Positions 19,219 through 28,743 of a stretch of 64,000 nt of DNA are shown one piece after another. Positions within the stretch are counted from its first letter, which is position 1. Each line of letters starts with the position of its first letter. The position numbers and the translations under genes are program-made. The stretch lies in NCBI GenBank assembly GCA_964583615.1, contig CAZOWM010000010.1, positions 11,480 through 75,479 on the forward strand. The letters are read 5' to 3'. The notes under the pieces are model-generated. The model saw only the letters and a program-made list of their open reading frames with translations, made no database searches and was not told the origin of the DNA. The stretch is from an uncultured Spirochaetota bacterium. GTDB lineage: Bacteria; Spirochaetota; B62-G9; DRHN01.

Positions 19219-20946
19219 ATGACACTGTTTGATACCAGGATGAAATATGTCCTTTCGTTCGTAAAAAAATTTATCTGGGCTATGGCCGGTGTCATTGTGC
19301 TTCAGTTCGTCCAAAACTACGCCTTTACCATGCTCCCAAGGGTGAGCACCAACTTCATTTTCGAGCTTTTCACACCGGAAAATTTTCACGAGATATACAA
19401 GTATTTTTTTGTCGCTTTGGGGATCATCATTGTCAGAGGGGTGCTCGGGTACATCACCACTTACTCTCTGGCTGTATACTCTGAAAATGCGGTCAACAAA
19501 CTGAGGGTAAATTTTTTCACGCACCTCATCAATCTCCCTCTCCACTACTTCAAAAAGAACAAAACGGGGAATTTCATCACCATTATGATCGATGATATGA
19601 GCAAAATCCGAGCGGACCTGTATGAAGGCATTGTGAGGATCATATCCCAGTCCATATATGCGATTATTGTTTTAACGAAGCTCTTACTTTTGAATTACAA
19701 ATTGACTTTCATCAGTTTTGTGGCATTTCCTGCAGTGTACGTTCTGATCAGGGTTCTCGGTAAGAAAATGCGCCGAACGAGTAAAAAACTTCAGCAGAAC
19801 GTGTCGAATCTCTCCTCAAACCTTCACGAAACGATCACCGGCGTGGATGTGGTGAAGGCGTTTGCAAAGGAAGATTACGAAAAAGAGAAATTTTCCCGTA
19901 CCTCGGAGGATTACAGAAAGACTTCTCTTAAACTCAAGGTGCTCAACAGCGCGTTCAAGCCGCTCAACCACTTCATCTTCTATTTTTTCGGTTTCATCCT
20001 GATCGGCATTGCGGGGCTTTTCATCGTACGGGGCGAGTGGACGGTCAAGGGTCTGAGCGAGTATCTCATGCTTCTCGCTATCCTTTTCACGCCACTGGAC
20101 AACATCCCGAAGACAATCGCGAATTTCAAGATTGTGAGCGCATCGGTCGACAGGGTGTACAATGTCGTGAAAACCGTTAGCACGATTACCGACCCGCCAC
20201 ATCCGGTTGAAAAAGACATTGAAGGGAAAATACAGTTTCAAAACGTGTATTTTGCATACGACAGCGAGACGGTATTGAACGGCATCAACTTCACTGTAGA
20301 AAAGGGTGACATCCTCGCGCTTGTCGGTTCCTCGGGAGCGGGAAAAACTTCGATAGTGAATCTAATCCTGCGTTTTTACGATCCTGTCAGCGGTGCGGTT
20401 GCGGTCGATGATATAGACGTGAAAAAATACAGCATCAAGTCCCTCCGCTCACAGATCGGGATCGTCTCCCAGAACATCGTACTTTTCAATGACACTATAT
20501 TCGAGAACATATGCTACTCGAATCAGGATGCATCAAAAGAAGAGGTTATCGAGGCGTCAAAAAAGGCCCATGCCTATGAGTTCATCTCCAGGCTCCCAGA
20601 GCAATTCGACACCATAGTCGGGGAGAGGGGAACTAGGCTTTCAGGCGGTGAGAAACAGAGGATCGCGATTGCGCGTGCCGTGCTGACAAACCCCCAGATA
20701 TTGATACTCGATGAGGCGACATCCTCCCTTGACTCGGAGTCGGAGCACTACATTCAGATGGCGCTCAACGAGCTCATGGAAGGAAAAACTTCCGTGGTCA
20801 TCGCCCACAGATTGTCAACGATCACCCACGCAAACCGCATTCTTGTCATCGAAGACGGGCAGATCAATGCCCAGGGCACGCACGAGCAGCTTCTCGAAAA
20901 AAATGCGATTTACAAGCGGCTGTATACGCTTCAGTATTTCAGATAA
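19219..20946 (+). CDS. MsbA-like ABC exporter (fused TMD-NBD)
   Basis: About 6 TM helices, GSSGAGKT Walker A, LSGGEKQR signature, ILDEATSSLD, IAHRLST. Confidence 0.92.
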   Translation: MTLFDTRMKYVLSFVKKFIWAMAGVIVLQFVQNYAFTMLPRVSTNFIFELFTPENFHEIYKYFFVALGIIIVRGVLGYITTYSLAVYSENAVNKLRVNFFTHLINLPLHYFKKNKTGNFITIMIDDMSKIRADLYEGIVRIISQSIYAIIVLTKLLLLNYKLTFISFVAFPAVYVLIRVLGKKMRRTSKKLQQNVSNLSSNLHETITGVDVVKAFAKEDYEKEKFSRTSEDYRKTSLKLKVLNSAFKPLNHFIFYFFGFILIGIAGLFIVRGEWTVKGLSEYLMLLAILFTPLDNIPKTIANFKIVSASVDRVYNVVKTVSTITDPPHPVEKDIEGKIQFQNVYFAYDSETVLNGINFTVEKGDILALVGSSGAGKTSIVNLILRFYDPVSGAVAVDDIDVKKYSIKSLRSQIGIVSQNIVLFNDTIFENICYSNQDASKEEVIEASKKAHAYEFISRLPEQFDTIVGERGTRLSGGEKQRIAIARAVLTNPQILILDEATSSLDSESEHYIQMALNELMEGKTSVVIAHRLSTITHANRILVIEDGQINAQGTHEQLLEKNAIYKRLYTLQYFR

Positions 20947-21280
20947 ACAGCATACCGGACTCTCCCTTTCTGGGATGGTTTATTTGTGATTTTCCAACCA
21001 AAACGTTGAAAGTCCCCGAAGAGGCATGTGATTTTTTTCTCTTCCACAACTCACAGGCTGGGTTGAAGTGTGCCAAAATAGGCAGCAACGATCGCAATTC
21101 GTGACAAGTGAGTATATTTTTTTTTGTGGTGTGTTATTATACTTGTCAACTTCTTCAAGATAGAGTCAAGGTATTTAAAACAGATTTGATCACACAACTC
21201 GTATAAAAAACTGCCGATAATGTCTGATGAAGGGGTCTCATATACACAAGCAGGCAACGTTGATTTGGCAAGGAGTGGAG

Positions 21281-22390
21281 ATGCCTGAAGTATTAAAACA
21301 ATTTTTACTGAATGATATCATTGAGTTCGGCACATACGGTGTCAGTATTCTCGATATCTTGATCATCGTTCCCATTATTTTCGTTGATTTTACCATCTTC
21401 AGGGCAGTGAACAGACTGCTGAAGAAACGCAGGCTCCTCGAAAAACCGTTTGTGAAGGCGCTTGCAAAAGTATTCAGGTGGGTTCTTCACTTTCTCGCAT
21501 TTATCGGTGTCATGAGCGTCATCGGTGTGAAGATCGAGAACATCTTCGACTTCATCTATGCAGTGCTGAACTTCAAGCTTTTTACCATCGCAAATACCCA
21601 CATCAGCCTCCTGACGATCATCGTCATGGTCGTTGTCGTATATGTTTCTGCAAAACTCTCGAAGGTCGTCCGAAATTATTTCGACAAGTCCATTTTTCCA
21701 CGTTTCAACATCGAGGAAGGGCTCCGTTTTTCTCTTTCGAAATTCGCAGGATACCTTGTCATTGCGATCGGAGTGATCATCGCGCTCCAGGGTCTCGGCG
21801 TCAAGCTCTCCGCGCTCGCAGTCTTTGCAGGAGTCCTCGGCGTTGGAATCGGGTTCGGCATGCAGAGCATCACCGCGAATATCGTCTCAGGGATCGTCAT
21901 TCTTTTTGAGCGGCCCATTAAGGAGGGGGACATGATCAGGTTGAGCAATACCATCGGGGAGGTTCTCAAGATCAATCTGAGATCCTCGATCATCAGAACG
22001 ATATACAACGAGCACCTGATTGTACCGAATTCAGATTTCATCAACGGTGTTGTGGAGAACATGTCCTGGGGTGACATCCGTCTCAGGCTCAGCGTGAAAG
22101 TCGGTGTTTCCTATGGGACCGATCCTTTTGTTGTGCAGAAAGCGCTCATCGAGGCTGCGGAAAAAACGGAGAACGTCATGAACAATCCGGAACCCACGGT
22201 ACTGTTCAGAGATTTCGGGGACTCGTCGTTGAATTTCGAGCTTCTTGCGTGGATAGAAAATCCCGCACTCAGATTCATTACAGAGAGCAGCATCCGCTTT
22301 ACCATCGTTGAAATTTTCAAAGAGTACGGCATTACCATTCCCTTTCCGCAGCAGGATGTGTATATCAAAACGATGCCGCGTGAACAATAA
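21281..22390 (+). CDS. mscS: MscS small-conductance mechanosensitive channel
   Basis: GVLGVGIGFGMQSITANIVSG, ERPIKEGD, VPNS, V.VSYG.D, FGDSSLNFEL, IPFPQ.D. AAGGAG SD. Confidence 0.92.
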   Translation: MPEVLKQFLLNDIIEFGTYGVSILDILIIVPIIFVDFTIFRAVNRLLKKRRLLEKPFVKALAKVFRWVLHFLAFIGVMSVIGVKIENIFDFIYAVLNFKLFTIANTHISLLTIIVMVVVVYVSAKLSKVVRNYFDKSIFPRFNIEEGLRFSLSKFAGYLVIAIGVIIALQGLGVKLSALAVFAGVLGVGIGFGMQSITANIVSGIVILFERPIKEGDMIRLSNTIGEVLKINLRSSIIRTIYNEHLIVPNSDFINGVVENMSWGDIRLRLSVKVGVSYGTDPFVVQKALIEAAEKTENVMNNPEPTVLFRDFGDSSLNFELLAWIENPALRFITESSIRFTIVEIFKEYGITIPFPQQDVYIKTMPREQ

Positions 22391-22520
22391 AAAGATGTTT
22401 ATATATACATCATTTGTATAAGTACAATTTATCGAACTCCGCGCTGAAAATGTTGTCCTTTTCCCCTCCCCAGTCTTAGAATATTTCATCATAGATTTCG
22501 TTCTTCACAAGGAGGTAAAG

Positions 22521-23807
22521 ATGGGGAAATATACGTTGAAATGCCTTGCGTGTGAAAAGGAATACGAAGACGACTTCTTCAGGCTCGAATGTGACAATCG
22601 GCATGTTCCCTCCCTTCTCAGAACGGAGTATGAAAAGGATAAAATCAATGTAAAGGAAGACAGGCCGGGTATGTTCAAATTCGAAGACTTTCTGCCTGTA
22701 AGCCGCACGCTCGACGTAAAAGGCGCTCCTGTGACGTACAGAAGCGAGCAGCTTGCGAAGTACCTCGGACTAGAGAATCTTTTCATTATTTTCAACGGCT
22801 ACTGGCCGGAGAAGGGTGCGTATATGGAGACCGCTTCCTTCAAGGAGCTCGAGGCGCCCTCCGTGCTGGGCAGAATACCGGAAAACTGTACAGACACCAT
22901 CGTGGTGGCATCTGCAGGAAATACCGGCCGGGCATTCGCATATGTCTGTTCCCGAAACCATATTCCTCTCGTGCTCGTCGTACCGGAGGAAAACAAAGAT
23001 GAAATCTGGTCCACAGAGCCGTACAACTCGAACGTCAGGCTTGTGTGTGCGGGCGGCAACAGCGACTATACAGATGCAATCATGCTCGCAGGCAAGATGA
23101 CCGGATTGAAGGGATTTTTCCCGGAAGGCGGGGCAAAAAACGTTGCGCGCAGAGATGGGATGGCAACCACTGTCCTCGATGCGGCCCACAGAATGAAAAA
23201 AATCCCGGACCATTACTTTCAGGCGGTTGGTTCAGGAACAGGGGGCATTGCTGCATGGGAGTCCTACGTGCGGCTCCGTGAAGACGGAAGCTACGGTGAT
23301 GGAAAGATGACGCTTCACCTGTCTCAGAATGCTCCCTTTACACCGATCACGGATGCATGGAACGGAGGGCAGAGGTCATTTCCGGAGCTGGATGAAAAAC
23401 GTGCCAAGGAAGATATACGGCGGATAAAGGCGCACGTTCTCAGCAACAGAAAACCACCATACTCGATTAAGGGCGGAGTGTTTGACGTAATGTCGGACTC
23501 TTCGGGGCGAATGTACTCCGTGACGAACGAAGAAGTGATCAAGGCGCAGGAGCTCTTCGCCCATTATGAGAAAATCGATATTCACCCTGCAGCCGGCGTT
23601 GCACTCGGTTCACTCATACAGGCGAAAGAACAAAAACTCATACGGAGCCACGATTACATTGCGCTGAACGTGACAGGCGGAGGAGAAGATCGGGTAAAAG
23701 ATGAACTCCAGATTCACTTTCTCGAGCCTCTGGTTACATTTACCGATGAGGAGATACATTGTGACGGAATCGAAGAAATGCTTCAGGACATTCTTGTTAC
23801 ATACTGA
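22521..23807 (+). CDS. Cysteate synthase (PLP-dependent, threonine-synthase fold; Methanosarcina MA3297 type)
   Basis: SFKELEA PLP-lysine motif (threonine synthases have SFKDRG), FNGYWPEKGA, ASAGNTGRAF, GAKNVARRDGM.T, YFQAVGSGTGGIAAWE, VLSNRKPPYS. Strong AAGGAGGT SD. Confidence 0.85.
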   Translation: MGKYTLKCLACEKEYEDDFFRLECDNRHVPSLLRTEYEKDKINVKEDRPGMFKFEDFLPVSRTLDVKGAPVTYRSEQLAKYLGLENLFIIFNGYWPEKGAYMETASFKELEAPSVLGRIPENCTDTIVVASAGNTGRAFAYVCSRNHIPLVLVVPEENKDEIWSTEPYNSNVRLVCAGGNSDYTDAIMLAGKMTGLKGFFPEGGAKNVARRDGMATTVLDAAHRMKKIPDHYFQAVGSGTGGIAAWESYVRLREDGSYGDGKMTLHLSQNAPFTPITDAWNGGQRSFPELDEKRAKEDIRRIKAHVLSNRKPPYSIKGGVFDVMSDSSGRMYSVTNEEVIKAQELFAHYEKIDIHPAAGVALGSLIQAKEQKLIRSHDYIALNVTGGGEDRVKDELQIHFLEPLVTFTDEEIHCDGIEEMLQDILVTY

Positions 23808-24006
23808 TGTGTGACCCGTTGAAGCCGGAAAGCACAGCTCGCCAACCCAGACACAAAAAAAGCGGGTAAATGAATTGACACCTTTTGTGGCGCTTCTCTC
23901 AGATAAAATTTCATTATGAATCATTAATAATAATAATTTTTATTTATTTGATTTATTTTATCACAAATATCATCATTGTGTGCATCTCAATGAAAAGGAG
24001 GTTTGT

Positions 24007-24138
24007 ATGCCTGAACGTGTACACGAAAAAAGAAGAATAAAGAGGAAAAAGGTCGGAGTTGACTGGTGGGCGGTCATCTGTGCCATCGTTGCCCTTTTGG
24101 TGGTAAAACTGGGCATCGTGCAGAAAATTCCGTGGTAA
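24007..24138 (+). CDS. 43-aa single-TM membrane peptide (below the ORF-track cutoff)
   Basis: MPERVHEKRRIKRKKVGVDWWAVICAIVALLVVKLGIVQKIPW. AAAAGGAG SD 6 nt upstream; ends 16 nt before the exporter start. Confidence 0.75.
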   Translation: MPERVHEKRRIKRKKVGVDWWAVICAIVALLVVKLGIVQKIPW

Positions 24139-24154
24139 AAAAGAGGGTTCATCC

Positions 24155-25234
24155 ATGAGAGAACGTAACAAATTTGTACGAAATGCGCTGGAGTATGTTC
24201 CAGGTATTGCCATGCTCGCGGTCATCGGACTCTGCGGCAAGTACTTGGAACGTGTGGTTGCCTCAGTGCTCAGTGATTCTGCCCGTGTTGTTTCAAGTGA
24301 CATGTATATTCTTTTTGCCATCATCATTGGAATCATCGTCGGAAACCTCGTAAAAATGCCTTCAATATTCAGGAAGGGAATTGCCACGTACGAGTTCTGG
24401 CTGAAATTCGGGGTTGTGCTCATCGGCGCGAAGCTGGCGATCCAGGAGCTCTTCCTTCTCGGAAGCCTCGGGATAGTGCTTGTTGTGCTCGAAATCATTG
24501 CCTCGATCCTCATCGTACGGCTGGTATCGAGAAGATTCCGGCTCTCTGAGAAGCTCTCCAGCCTCATTTCCATCGGCGTCGGGATCTGCGGCGTGTCGGC
24601 GATTGTGGGGTGCGCTCCCGCAATCGATGCGGAAGAAAAGGATTCCAGCTATGCGATTGCAATCATTCTTATATTCGGAGCGATGGCACTCGTGCTGTAT
24701 CCTGCCATAGGTAAGCTCCTCGACATGACCGACAAGAGTTTCGGCATGTGGGCGGGGCTTGCGGTGGACAACACAGCAGAAGCCGTGGCAACAGGGCACA
24801 TCTACTCCGAGACCGCAGGGAAGTACGCCACTATGACAAAGCTCATGAGGAATGCGCTCATGGGTATCACCATTCTCGGATTTGCTGTCTATTATGCCAG
24901 AAAAGGGCTCGCCAAGGACATTCAGCACAAGGGAAAGTTCCTCTGGGAGAAATTTCCCAAGTTCGTGATCGGATTCATCCTTTTCACGATACTGGCTTCC
25001 ATCCGGTTCGAGAACGGGTACGTGCTCCTCACGAAGGAGCAGATCGGTGCGCTGAAGAACCTCTACAAGTGGGCGTTCATGCTCACCTTTGCAGGTGTCG
25101 GGCTTTCGACGAGCATCAGGGACATGAAAGGAACGGGATTCAAACCTTTCGCGGTAGGAATCACCACCGAACTGGGAGTGGGTCTCTTTACTCTCGTGCT
25201 GATATTTCTCCTGAACTTCTCCGGAATGCTGTAA
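24155..25234 (+). CDS. YeiH / putative sulfate (sulfonate) exporter family membrane protein
   Basis: About 10 TM helices, LKFGVVLIGAKL, GVGICGVSAI...PAI, GMWAG..VDNTAEAVA, TKLMRN, FPKFVIGF. Confidence 0.9.
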   Translation: MRERNKFVRNALEYVPGIAMLAVIGLCGKYLERVVASVLSDSARVVSSDMYILFAIIIGIIVGNLVKMPSIFRKGIATYEFWLKFGVVLIGAKLAIQELFLLGSLGIVLVVLEIIASILIVRLVSRRFRLSEKLSSLISIGVGICGVSAIVGCAPAIDAEEKDSSYAIAIILIFGAMALVLYPAIGKLLDMTDKSFGMWAGLAVDNTAEAVATGHIYSETAGKYATMTKLMRNALMGITILGFAVYYARKGLAKDIQHKGKFLWEKFPKFVIGFILFTILASIRFENGYVLLTKEQIGALKNLYKWAFMLTFAGVGLSTSIRDMKGTGFKPFAVGITTELGVGLFTLVLIFLLNFSGML

Positions 25235-25276
25235 GCTGTACTGCAGAAAAAAGGGGGTGCACACCCCGTGTGTGTG

Positions 25277-25303
25277 AAGGCGGCCGTGAAGGCCGCCTTT
25301 TCT
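25277..25303. terminator. Bidirectional terminator between the convergent exporter and sugar permease genes
   Basis: AAGGCGGCC-gtgaa-GGCCGCCTT perfect 9-bp stem, followed by TTCTT on the + strand. Confidence 0.8.
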
Positions 25304-25309
25304 TGATAC

Positions 25310-26398
25310 CTACATACCGAACTTCCGCCTTCGCCACTGGTCAAAAATGACAACTGCAACGATGACGATCCCCATGACCACGCGCTGCCAGAAAGCAGAG
25401 ACATTGAGCAGGTTCAGCCCGTTTCCCAGAACTCCCATGATAATTGCGCCGATCAGGCTTCCGATAATGCTCCCTTCACCGCCAAAGAGGTTTGTGCCGC
25501 CGATAACCACAGCTGCGATGCATTTTAGTTCCACACCGGTTGCCATAAGAGCGTTTGCGGAATTCATACGGCCTGTCAGCACGATGCCCGCAACAGCCCC
25601 CATCATCCCCATGATGGTATAGGTGGCGATTTTTATCCGGTCTACCTTGAGTCCGGAAACTCTCGACGCTTCCTTGTTGCCGCCGATGGCAAGTATCGAT
25701 CTTCCCAGTACCGTCTGACTGAGGATAAGCCAACCGATGCCGACCATAATGAACGCGATCAGGGGGCCTGTGGGAATACCAGCAACCTCCTTTCCCCCCA
25801 TCCAGATGATGGGTTCCGGAAGATACCCTTTCAGCTCGGTTGCGGTCAAGTGCGAGGGGATGGGGAGCCCTCCGGTTACCAGAAGAGCCACTCCCCGCGC
25901 AGCTTCCATCATTCCGAGTGTTGCAACGAAGTCGGGGATTCGTCCTTTTGCGATTACAAGGCCGTTGATGGTACCGGCGATTGTACCGACGAGAAAGCCG
26001 GCAAACACCGCAAGCCACACATTGATGGGACCGAAGGTTGTTCCAATGAACGTAATTTCCTGTGTGGCAAGAACTGCCATGATTGATGCAGACACTGCCA
26101 TTATCGCGCCTACAGAGAGGTCGATTCCCGCGCCGATGATCACCATGGTCTGGCCTACTGCAAGTATGATGAGATAGGCGTTCTGCTGCCCAATGTTCTT
26201 CAGGTTGTCGATGGATGCAAAGTGCGGTGAAGCGATAGAGAAGTACACTACAAGCAGAAGGAGAGCGATTATCGGACCGCCCTGTAGAAGCGTTGCCCAG
26301 CTGAACTTACTCAGGCCCATACTTCGTATCATACGCGTCAAAACAGATACGCTTTCACCGGGGTTTCTTTCTTCCTTCGAAGATTGGCGCATTCTCAT
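25310..26398 (-). CDS. Sugar ABC transporter permease (RbsC family)
   Basis: GIDLSVG, FVATLG, T.LGRSI.AIGGN.EASRVSG, ELKCIAAVVIGGT.L.GGEG. Confidence 0.92.
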   Translation of the reverse strand: MRMRQSSKEERNPGESVSVLTRMIRSMGLSKFSWATLLQGGPIIALLLLVVYFSIASPHFASIDNLKNIGQQNAYLIILAVGQTMVIIGAGIDLSVGAIMAVSASIMAVLATQEITFIGTTFGPINVWLAVFAGFLVGTIAGTINGLVIAKGRIPDFVATLGMMEAARGVALLVTGGLPIPSHLTATELKGYLPEPIIWMGGKEVAGIPTGPLIAFIMVGIGWLILSQTVLGRSILAIGGNKEASRVSGLKVDRIKIATYTIMGMMGAVAGIVLTGRMNSANALMATGVELKCIAAVVIGGTNLFGGEGSIIGSLIGAIIMGVLGNGLNLLNVSAFWQRVVMGIVIVAVVIFDQWRRRKFGM

Positions 26399-27918
26399 TC
26401 TCCTCCAATAACTGCGTATCTTAGAATATCCTCCTGAGTGGCTTCTCCTCTTTTAAGCTCCGCTGTTATGCTCCCGCGGCACATGACGAGAATTCGATCC
26501 GCGATCGCCATCACTTCGGGAAGTTCAGAGGAGATCATGATGATTCCGACTCCTTGTTTTACGAGCTGACTCATCAGCCTGAACACTTCCGTTTTTGAAC
26601 CGACGTCTATCCCCCTCGTGGGTTCGTCGAAGATCATGATTCTGGAATTGCTGCAGATCCACTTCGCGAGCGCGACCTTCTGCTGGTTTCCGCCGCTGAG
26701 GAACTCGACTTTCTGATGCACCCCGGAAGTGTGGATATTGAGCTCTCTTATGAATCTTTCCGACAAGCTTCTTTCGTTTCGCCTTTGGAGAAATCCGAAG
26801 CGCCGAAGCCGGCCGAGGCTTGCGAGCGTGATGTTCGCCGATACATGGAGCCTGGGAACCAGGCCGTTTTTTCTATTCTCCGTGAGGTATCCGAGCCCGA
26901 GTTCGATCGCGTCCCAGGGGGATGAAATGCTTACCTCTCTCCCGTCGATGTAGATACTCCCGCTGTCGATTTTATCGATCCCGAAGAGAGCGCGTGCGAA
27001 CTCCGTCCGGCCCGCCCCCATCAGGCCGGAGATGCCCAGTATCTCTCCCTCATGCAGGCTCAGATTTATATTATACAGCTTTCCTTCGGCGTTGAGGTTC
27101 TCTATCCTCAGGATTTCCTTCCCTATTTCTACTGTTTCCTTTGGGAACTGTTCTTTGAGCTCGCGGCCGACCATCATCTTTATCAGCGTGCCCTCATCCG
27201 ATTCTTGAACGTTCAGGGTGCCCATTTTTTTTCCGTCCCTGAGTACTGTTACACGCTGACCGATATGCGGGACTTCATCGAGGCGGTGAGACACATACAC
27301 GATTCCGACGCCTCTTTTCCGCAGACGTCTGATAATGTCGAACAGCCTCTCACGTTCCTCCGCGGAAAGGGCTGAGGTGGGTTCATCGAGGAGGAGTATG
27401 CGCACATTAATCGAAAGCGCCTTCGCAATCTCAACAAGCTGCCTCTCTGCCATTCCAAGAGTCCTGACTCTCTGTTTCGGATCCACGTGCACGTCGAAGT
27501 CTCTGAAAAGGCTTTGCGTTTCCTCATACAACCGTGTCCAGTGCACGGTACCTGTCGAATGCTTCGGGAGCCTTCCCAGATAGATATTTTCCGCAACGCT
27601 GATACTCGTCACCAGGCTCAGCTCCTGGTACACCATTCCGATTCCCAGCTCCCGCGCGTGGTGGGGATTTTCTATCTCAACTTCTTCTTCTTCCAGGAAT
27701 ATTTTTCCGCCGTCCTTGGGCAGGGTTCCACTGAATATTTTCATAAGGGTCGATTTCCCCGCTCCATTTTCACCGAGGAGCACATGCACTTCTCCTGCCT
27801 TGAGGTCGAAGTCAACATCTTCCAGCGCGTGAACCCCGGGGAACTTTTTGTCGATGGCTTCAGCTTTCAGGAGATAGTCCTCCACTTTCATACCCTTGCT
27901 CCTGTGATGGATGGTCAC
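26395..27918 (-). CDS. Sugar ABC transporter ATP-binding protein (RbsA family, tandem NBD)
   Basis: GENGAGKST, DEPTSAL, LSGGNQQK, DEPTRGIDVG. Confidence 0.93.
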   Translation of the reverse strand: MTIHHRSKGMKVEDYLLKAEAIDKKFPGVHALEDVDFDLKAGEVHVLLGENGAGKSTLMKIFSGTLPKDGGKIFLEEEEVEIENPHHARELGIGMVYQELSLVTSISVAENIYLGRLPKHSTGTVHWTRLYEETQSLFRDFDVHVDPKQRVRTLGMAERQLVEIAKALSINVRILLLDEPTSALSAEERERLFDIIRRLRKRGVGIVYVSHRLDEVPHIGQRVTVLRDGKKMGTLNVQESDEGTLIKMMVGRELKEQFPKETVEIGKEILRIENLNAEGKLYNINLSLHEGEILGISGLMGAGRTEFARALFGIDKIDSGSIYIDGREVSISSPWDAIELGLGYLTENRKNGLVPRLHVSANITLASLGRLRRFGFLQRRNERSLSERFIRELNIHTSGVHQKVEFLSGGNQQKVALAKWICSNSRIMIFDEPTRGIDVGSKTEVFRLMSQLVKQGVGIIMISSELPEVMAIADRILVMCRGSITAELKRGEATQEDILRYAVIGGE

Positions 27919-28724
27919 AACGCGGTGTAACCGCCGTCAATGCTCAGAGCCGTACCGATCGTGTACTTCGCTTCATCGGATGCGAGAAATAAAATACCCG
28001 CCGCGATCTCTTCAGGTTTTCCCATTCGCTTCAAAGGCCTGTCCTCGGAAAGCTCCCTCAGTGTGGTCTCGGGGTCTTCAGAGCTGTTGATGACCTTTTC
28101 CACGAGAGGAGTAAATACTCTTCCCGGACACACACAGTTGACCCTGATATTCTTATCGGCAAAATCCACAGCCGAGCTCTTTGTGAATGCAACGACTCCG
28201 CTTTTTGAAACATTGTACGCCACCTGATTACGTATTGCAACGAGCCCTGCTTCGGAAGCGATGTTCACGATACTCCCCCCTCCGGTTTTCACCATCTCCG
28301 GAATACAGTACTTCGTGCAGAGAAACACGCCAACGAGATTCACGCTCAGAATTCTGTCCCACTCCTGCTCGCTCGTGTCAACAGCGGTTCCGGTTGTAAA
28401 AATTCCCGCAACATTCACGAGAATGTCGATTCGAGAATACGCGGAAACCGCAAAACGCACCATGTTCTGTACATCCGCGGTCTTTGATACGTCGGTGCGG
28501 ACAAAGGCTGCGTCCCCGCCTTTGCTCCGGATACGCTCCACGGTGTCATTTCCCGCTTTAGTATCGATATCGGCAGCCACCACATGCGCACCCTCGTCTG
28601 CAAAAAGCAGCGCTGTTGTTTTTCCAATTCCTGATCCCGATCCGGTGATAATAGCGCTCTTGTGCGCAAGTTTCATCTTTTCTCCCCGTTCGCACGGATG
28701 GGGATGGATGCTCGAAGCCGCCAT
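27915..28724 (-). CDS. Short-chain dehydrogenase/reductase
   Basis: TGSGSGIG, NVAG, SIVNIAS, YNVSK catalytic motif, RVNCVCPG. Confidence 0.92.
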   Translation of the reverse strand: MAASSIHPHPCERGEKMKLAHKSAIITGSGSGIGKTTALLFADEGAHVVAADIDTKAGNDTVERIRSKGGDAAFVRTDVSKTADVQNMVRFAVSAYSRIDILVNVAGIFTTGTAVDTSEQEWDRILSVNLVGVFLCTKYCIPEMVKTGGGSIVNIASEAGLVAIRNQVAYNVSKSGVVAFTKSSAVDFADKNIRVNCVCPGRVFTPLVEKVINSSEDPETTLRELSEDRPLKRMGKPEEIAAGILFLASDEAKYTIGTALSIDGGYTAL

Positions 28725-28743
28725 CCACCCCCACCGTTTTTCA

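Noticed and set aside
18884-19222. 112-aa ORF filling the SBP-MsbA gap
   Set aside because: No SD, no recognisable motif and atypical composition; probably non-coding.
21213-21220. Perfect sigma-28 -10 box GCCGATAA upstream of mscS
   Set aside because: No TAAA -35 element at the required spacing.
22521-23807. Threonine synthase (thrC) call
   Set aside because: The PLP motif is SFKELEA rather than SFKDRG, and the other motifs fit cysteate synthase.
23875-23909. TTGACA...TAAAAT promoter for the exporter
   Set aside because: The spacer is 23 nt, too long for sigma-70.
3861-25234. Sulfoquinovose degradation linking the sugar cluster to the YeiH exporter
   Set aside because: No sulfoquinovosidase (GH31/GH188) or recognised sulfoglycolytic marker, and the exporter is 9 kb away beside a biosynthetic enzyme.
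24362-25264. Long antisense ORFs (also 5510-6355, 28936-29694, 40389-41264, 52181-53077)
   Set aside because: They are shadows of well-supported genes on the opposite strand, with no family motifs.
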